64,000 nucleotides of DNA. Origin: an uncultured Gemmatimonadaceae bacterium. GTDB taxonomy: Bacteria > Gemmatimonadota > Gemmatimonadetes > Gemmatimonadales > Gemmatimonadaceae. Every line of letters starts with the position of its first letter. Positions within the stretch are counted from its first letter, which is position 1. The stretch lies in assembly GCA_963843845.1 (NCBI GenBank), contig CAWJMB010000002.1, positions 672,001-736,000 of the forward strand, read 5' to 3'. Position numbers and translations under genes: made by a program. Below, in pieces: positions 58,784-64,000 of this stretch. Under the pieces are notes generated by a model, which was given only the letters and a program-made list of their open reading frames with translations, made no database searches and was not told where the DNA came from.

Positions 58784-59680
58784 ATGGACCTCGCCATCCG
58801 CGGCGTCTCCAAGACGTACGCCAACGGCGTACGCGCGCTCCGCGACGTCACGCTCGACATCCCGCGCGGCATGTACGGCCTGCTCGGGCCCAACGGCGCC
58901 GGCAAGTCGACGCTCATGCGCACGATCGCCACGCTCCAGGAGCCCGACGCCGGCTCGATCACGCTCGGCGACATCGACGTGCTGCGCGAGAAGGACCGCG
59001 TCCGCCGCACGCTCGGCTACCTGCCGCAGGAGTTCGGCGTCTACCCGTCGGTGAGCGCCGAGCGGCTGCTCGACCACTTCGCCGTGCTCGAGGGGTTCAC
59101 CGAGCGCGGCGCGCGCGCGACGCGTCGTCGAGGCGCTGCTGCGGCAGACGAACCTGTGGGACGTGCGGAAGGAGCGGCTCGGCGGCTACTCGGGCGGCAT
59201 GCGTCAGCGCTTCGGCATCGCCGTCGCGCTGCTCGGCGACCCGAAGCTCATCATCGTCGACGAGCCGACCGCGGGGCTCGACCCGGCGGAGCGCGTGCGC
59301 TTCCTCAACCTGCTGAGCGAGATCGGCGAGAACAGCGTCGTCATCCTCTCGACGCACATCGTCGAGGACGTCGCGGAGCTGTGCCGGCGCATGGCGATCA
59401 TCGACCGCGGCGAGATCCTGCTCGAGGCGGAGCCGCTCGCCGCGATCGACGCGCTGCGCGGCCGCGTGTGGCGGCGCGTCGTCGCGAAGCACGAGCTCGC
59501 CGGCGATCGAGCGCGAGCACCGCGTGATCTGCGACGAAGCTGCAGTCGCGGGCGGCACGGTCGTGCACGTCCTACGCCGACGCGCGGCCGGCGACCGAGT
59601 TCGAGCCGGTGGAGCCGGACCTCGAGGACGTCTACTTCAGCGTGATGGCGCGCCACCCCGCGCCGACGGCGGCCGCGTGA
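58784..59680 (+). CDS. ABC transporter ATP-binding protein (frameshifted)
   Basis: [44 protein letters not shown]. Confidence 0.88.
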
Positions 59681-62600
59681 CGGTCGGCGAGGTCTTCCGC
59701 TTCGAGCTCGCGTACCGGCTGCGCCGCCCGTCGACGTGGGTGTACGCGGCGGTGCTGTTCGCCGTGCCGTTCCTGATGATGCACGCGATCGGCGGGAGCC
59801 GGCAGCTACTGAACGCCCCCGAGATGGTGATGAACGCCGCGGCCGTCCTCGGCGGCGTCGGCATGCTCGTGAGCGCCGGGCTGTTCGGCGACGCGGCCGC
59901 GCGCGACGTGCAGTCGCGCATGTACGCGCTCTTCTACACGTCGCCGCTGCGCGAGCGCGACTACGTGCTCGGCCGCTTCCTCGGCGCGGCGCGTCGTGAA
60001 CGCGGTGCTGCTGCTCGGCGTGCCGTTAGGCCTCCTGCTGGCGTCGGTGATGCCGTACATGGCGGCGGGGAAGTTCGGGCCGGTGCGGCCGGCGGCGTAC
60101 GCGCAGGCGTACGCGCTGATGCTGCTGCCGAACCTCGCGCTGATCGGCGCCTGCATGTTCGCCGCGGCGGCGCTCGCGCGGCAGGCGATGGCGACGTACC
60201 TCGGCGGCGTCGCGCTGTTCGTCACCGGCTCGGTCGCGGGCCGCCTCACCGACGGGCTGTCGAACGTCACGCTGTCGGCGATGATCGACCCGTTCGGCGG
60301 CGCGGCGCTGCGCACCGTGACGCGCTTCTGGACGCCGGACGAGCGCGACGCGCGGCTCGTCGGGTGGCCGACGCTGCTGCTGTGGAACCGCGCGCTCTGG
60401 CTCGCCGTCGCCGCTCGGCGTGGTCGCGCTGCTCGCGGCGCGCTTCCGCTTCGTGCAGCCGGCCGCCGCGCGGCGCGCGCGCTGGCGGCGCCGCCGCGTC
60501 GTCGACACCGCGCCCGAGCGCCTGGTGCCCATCGCCGCCGTCGAGCGCCGGCGGCGCCGAGCGCTCGTTCGGGGTCGCGGCGCGGGTGCGGCAGACGCTC
60601 GCCGTCGCCGCGCGCGCGTGGCGCGACGTCGCGGCCTCGCGCGCGTTCCTCGTCGTCCTCGTCGGCGCGCTGGCGATCGCGTTCGGCTACGGCTGGGACG
60701 TCGGCTCGGAGATCTTCGGCACGTCGACGTGGCCGGTCACGCACCTCATCGCCGGCACGGTGCTGAGCACGGCGCTCGGCCCGGTGATGGCGGTGCTCGT
60801 CGCCGTGCTCGCCGGAGAGCTCGTCTGGCGCGAGCGCGACGTCGGGATGGCCGACATCGCCGACGTCGCGCCGGTGCCGAACGGCGTGCTGCTGCTCGGC
60901 CGCTTCCTCGCGCTCGTCGCGATGCTCGTCGTGCTCCAGGCGGTGCTCGCCGCGGCCGGCGTGCTGCTGCAGGCGCTGCAGGGGTGGCACCGGCACGAGC
61001 CGCTCGTCTACCTCGAGCTGCTCTTCGGCGTGAAGCTCGTCGACTACGTGCTGCTCGCCGCGCTCGCGACGGCGGTGCACGTGATCGTGAACGACAAGTA
61101 CGTCGGCCACCTCGTGGTCGTGCTGTACTTCGTGTCGACGATGCTCTCGGGGCTCATCGGCATCCGCCACCGCATGCTCGTCTACGGCTCCGACCCGGGG
61201 TGGGTGTGGTCGGACCTGAACGGGCTCGCGCCGTTCGTGCAGGGGATCGTCTGGTTCAAGCTGTACTGGGCGGCGTGGGCGCTGCTGCTCGCCGTGCTGG
61301 CGAGCCTGTTCTGGGTGCGCGGTCGCGAGCGCGGCGCCGCGCGGCGGCTGGCGATCGCGCGGGAGCGCCTCGCGGGGCCGGCGCTGCGCGCGGCGGCGGT
61401 CGCCGTCGTGCTCATCCTCTCGTCGGGCGGCTTCGTGTTCTACAACACGAACGTCGTGAACGCGTACGCCGAGCACACGCCCGAGGCGGCGGCCGACCGC
61501 CGCGCCGCGTACGAGCGGAAGTACAAGCGCTTCGAGGACGCGCCGCGGCCGAGCCTCACCGCGGCGCGTCTGCGCGTCGAGCTCTACCCGGCGGAGCGCG
61601 CGGCCGAGATCCGCGGCACGTACCGGTTCGTGAACCGCACCGCGCGGCCGATCGACTCGGTGCACGTGCTCCTCCACCCGGACGTCGAGACGCGCGACGT
61701 GCGCTTCGACCGCGCGGCGCGCGCCGTGGTGAACGACCGCCCGCTGCGCTACCGCGTCTACGCGCTCGAGCGCCCCGTCGCGCCGGGCGACTCGGTGGCG
61801 ATGACGTTCGACGTCGCGTTCCGCCCGCGCGGCTTCCGCAGCGACGGCGCGCCGACGGAGGTGACGTCGAACGGCGCGGCCTTCGACCGCACGTGGCTGC
61901 CGATGCTCGGCTACCAGCCCGGGCGCGAGCTGACCGACGAGCGCGAGCGGCGCGACCGCGGCCTCCCGCCGCGCCAGGCGCCGCCGAGCGCGGGGGACGT
62001 CGAGACGCGCGCGGCGGGCGCGCGCGATGTGGAGGTGGTGGACGCGCAGATCGTCGTCGGCACCGACGCGGCGCAGACGGCGGTCACGTCCGGGACGCTC
62101 GTGCGCGAGTGGCGCGAGCGCGGCCGGCGCTACTTCGAGTACCACACCGGCGCGTCGACGGGCTTCGGCGGCGCGATCTTCTCGGCGCAGTACGCGGTGC
62201 GCGAGGCGCGGTGGAACGACGTCCCGCTCCGCGTCTACTACCACCCGACGCACGACGTGAACGTCGACCGGATGCTGCGGAGCATGCGCGCGTCGCTCGA
62301 CTACTACACGCGGGCGTTCGGGCCGTACCAGTTCCGCGCGCTGCGCGTCGTCGAGTTCCCGCGCTACGCCTCGTTCGCGCGCGCGCACCCGAACACGATC
62401 GCGTTCTCCGAGGGGAGCGCGTTCCTCACGCGCGTCGACTCGGGCGACGTCGACCGCACGTTCTTCGTCGTCGCGCACGAGACGGCGCACCAGTGGTGGG
62501 GCGGGCAGGTCGTCCCGCTGCGCGCGCCGGGCGCCGGGATGGTCTCCGAGATGCTCGCCCAGTATGGCGCGATGATGGTGCTCGAGACGGCGTACGGCCG

Positions 62601-63270
62601 CGAGATGGCGGACCGGTTCTACGACTACAACATGCTCGAGTACCTCCGCGGCCGGAGCGTGTTCACGAACCGCGAGGCGCCGCTGCTCGACGTCGAGCGG
62701 CAGGGGTACGTGTACTACTTCAAGGGCGCCGTGGCGATGTACACGCTGCGCCAGTGGCTCGGCGCCGACGCGGTGAACGGCGCGCTGCGGCGGTTCCTCG
62801 CGCGGCACGGCGGCCCCGCCGCGCCGGCGGCCACGTCGCGCGCGCTGTACGCCGAGCTGCGCTCGGCCGCGCCGGACTCGCTGCGGCCGCTGCTCGCCGA
62901 CCTGTTCGAGCACATCACCCTGTGGGACGTGCGCGCGGACTCGGCGCGCGCCGAGCCGGCGGGGGGCGGGCGGTACCGGGTGACGCTGCACGTGACCGCG
63001 TCGAAGGCACGCGCCGACAGCGTGGGGCGGCAGACGCCGACGCCGATGAACGACCTCGTCGAGGTCGCCGTGTTCGCGGACGGCGCCGGCGGGGCGCCGG
63101 GGCTCGGCGCGCCGCTCTACCGCGCGCGGCACCGCGTCCGCGACGGCGCGCAGACGATCACGGTGACCGTGCCGCGCCGCCCGGCGCGGGCGGGGATCGA
63201 CCCGTACCACGCGCTCATCGAGCGCGAGCGCGACGACAACGTCACCGCGGTCGGCGACGGCCGCGCCTAA
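59677..63270 (+). CDS. ABC-2 permease fused to an M1 family aminopeptidase (frameshifted)
   Basis: Two multi-TM halves; AHETAHQWWG..SEMLAQY (HExxH..E), YYFKG. Confidence 0.88.
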   Translation: MTVGEVFRFELAYRLRRPSTWVYAAVLFAVPFLMMHAIGGSRQLLNAPEMVMNAAAVLGGVGMLVSAGLFGDAAARDVQSRMYALFYTSPLRERDYVLGRFLGAARRERGAAARRAVRPPAGVGDAVHGGGEVRAGAAGGVRAGVRADAAAEPRADRRLHVRRGGARAAGDGDVPRRRRAVRHRLGRGPPHRRAVERHAVGDDRPVRRRGAAHRDALLDAGRARRAARRVADAAAVEPRALARRRRSAWSRCSRRASASCSRPPRGARAGGAAASSTPRPSAWCPSPPSSAGGAERSFGVAARVRQTLAVAARAWRDVAASRAFLVVLVGALAIAFGYGWDVGSEIFGTSTWPVTHLIAGTVLSTALGPVMAVLVAVLAGELVWRERDVGMADIADVAPVPNGVLLLGRFLALVAMLVVLQAVLAAAGVLLQALQGWHRHEPLVYLELLFGVKLVDYVLLAALATAVHVIVNDKYVGHLVVVLYFVSTMLSGLIGIRHRMLVYGSDPGWVWSDLNGLAPFVQGIVWFKLYWAAWALLLAVLASLFWVRGRERGAARRLAIARERLAGPALRAAAVAVVLILSSGGFVFYNTNVVNAYAEHTPEAAADRRAAYERKYKRFEDAPRPSLTAARLRVELYPAERAAEIRGTYRFVNRTARPIDSVHVLLHPDVETRDVRFDRAARAVVNDRPLRYRVYALERPVAPGDSVAMTFDVAFRPRGFRSDGAPTEVTSNGAAFDRTWLPMLGYQPGRELTDERERRDRGLPPRQAPPSAGDVETRAAGARDVEVVDAQIVVGTDAAQTAVTSGTLVREWRERGRRYFEYHTGASTGFGGAIFSAQYAVREARWNDVPLRVYYHPTHDVNVDRMLRSMRASLDYYTRAFGPYQFRALRVVEFPRYASFARAHPNTIAFSEGSAFLTRVDSGDVDRTFFVVAHETAHQWWGGQVVPLRAPGAGMVSEMLAQYGAMMVLETAYGREMADRFYDYNMLEYLRGRSVFTNREAPLLDVERQGYVYYFKGAVAMYTLRQWLGADAVNGALRRFLARHGGPAAPAATSRALYAELRSAAPDSLRPLLADLFEHITLWDVRADSARAEPAGGGRYRVTLHVTASKARADSVGRQTPTPMNDLVEVAVFADGAGGAPGLGAPLYRARHRVRDGAQTITVTVPRRPARAGIDPYHALIERERDDNVTAVGDGRA

Positions 63271-63309
63271 CGGCGGCCGTCCGGCCCCGGTGGGGCGAGG
63301 TGCAGCCGG

Positions 63310-64000
63310 TCAGCGCGGGCGCACGGTCGCGAGCCCGCCGTCGACGCCGAACACCTGCCCCGTCACCCACGCGCTCTCCGGCCCGAGCAGCCACGCGGCG
63401 ACCGCCGCGACCTCGTCCGGCTCGCCGAGCCGCCCGAGGGCGTGCATCGCCGTCGACGCGCGCTCGGCGGCGGGGTTCCCGGTGATGCGCTCGGCGAGCG
63501 GCGTCCGCACCAGCCCCGGCGCGACGACGTTCACGCGCAGCCCCACCGGCGCGTAGGTCGCCGCCGCGGCGAGCGCGAGGCCGATGACGCCGGCCTTCGC
63601 CGCCGCGATCGCCTCGTGGTTCGCGAGCCCGACGCGCGCCGCGGCGCTCGAGAAGAGCACGACCGAGCCCCCCGTCCGCATCACGCGCCCGGCGGCACGC
63701 ACGGTCGCCGCCGCGGTCGTGAGGTTCAGCGCGATCGTCTCGTCCCACTCGTCGCGCCGCGTGAGGTGCGCCGGCTTGAGGATGAGCGAGCCGACCGCGT
63801 TCACGACGCCGCTCACCCGGCCGTGCCGCGCGGCGGCGCCCTCGACGAGCGCCGTCACCTGATCGAAGTCGGTCGCGTCGGTCGGCACCGCCGAGCCGCC
63901 GATCTCCGCGGCGAGGGCGTCGAGCCGCTCCCCGCCACGCGAGGCGAGCACGAGCGTCGCCCCGCGCGCCGCCAGCCGCCGGCAGAGCGCCGAGCCGATG
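63310..64000 (-). CDS. Short-chain dehydrogenase/reductase (5' end outside the window)
   Basis: FSSAAA, IAAAKAG, RVNVVAPG, VTGQVFGVDGG. Confidence 0.85.
   Translation of the reverse strand, partial: IGSALCRRLAARGATLVLASRGGERLDALAAEIGGSAVPTDATDFDQVTALVEGAAARHGRVSGVVNAVGSLILKPAHLTRRDEWDETIALNLTTAAATVRAAGRVMRTGGSVVLFSSAAARVGLANHEAIAAAKAGVIGLALAAAATYAPVGLRVNVVAPGLVRTPLAERITGNPAAERASTAMHALGRLGEPDEVAAVAAWLLGPESAWVTGQVFGVDGGLATVRPR

Overview
Very GC-rich bacterial DNA. Gene content and style (paired M14 peptidases, PEP-CTERM proteins, many Hanks-type kinases, barrel-less plug/TonB proteins) suggest Gemmatimonadota; this is an inference, not a database result. 1-23.6 kb is mostly core-like: two divergent M14 peptidases, tRNA-Asn, two PEP-CTERM trypsin-like proteases, a DEAD-box helicase with a 2H phosphoesterase, ccdA/tlpA, a Clp_N-KAP NTPase and ettA. 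23.6-35.45 kb is an accessory block bounded by the ettA 3' end and a diverged second copy of it. It holds mazEF, a decayed IS5, a MarR/DoxX/VOC unit and Ser/Thr kinases. 35.5-44.8 kb is a minus-strand block (GNAT, flavin monooxygenase, AraC, YtkA-like lipoprotein, di-heme peroxidase, beta-barrel, DJ-1, serine hydrolase) sharing a repeated 16-bp promoter box. 45-49.6 kb is a sulfane-sulfur detoxification cluster. After that come two histidine kinases, MgtC, a CarH-like B12 photoreceptor divergent from a fasciclin gene, an ABC/M1-aminopeptidase pair and an SDR. The most notable signals are the octamer CGTTAGGC recurring 9 times (7 times forcing a rare TTA codon), the ettA-bounded island and the AraC-box regulon. 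Many genes carry single-base frameshifts that look like sequencing or assembly indels. I found no CRISPR array, reverse transcriptase, integrase or rRNA.
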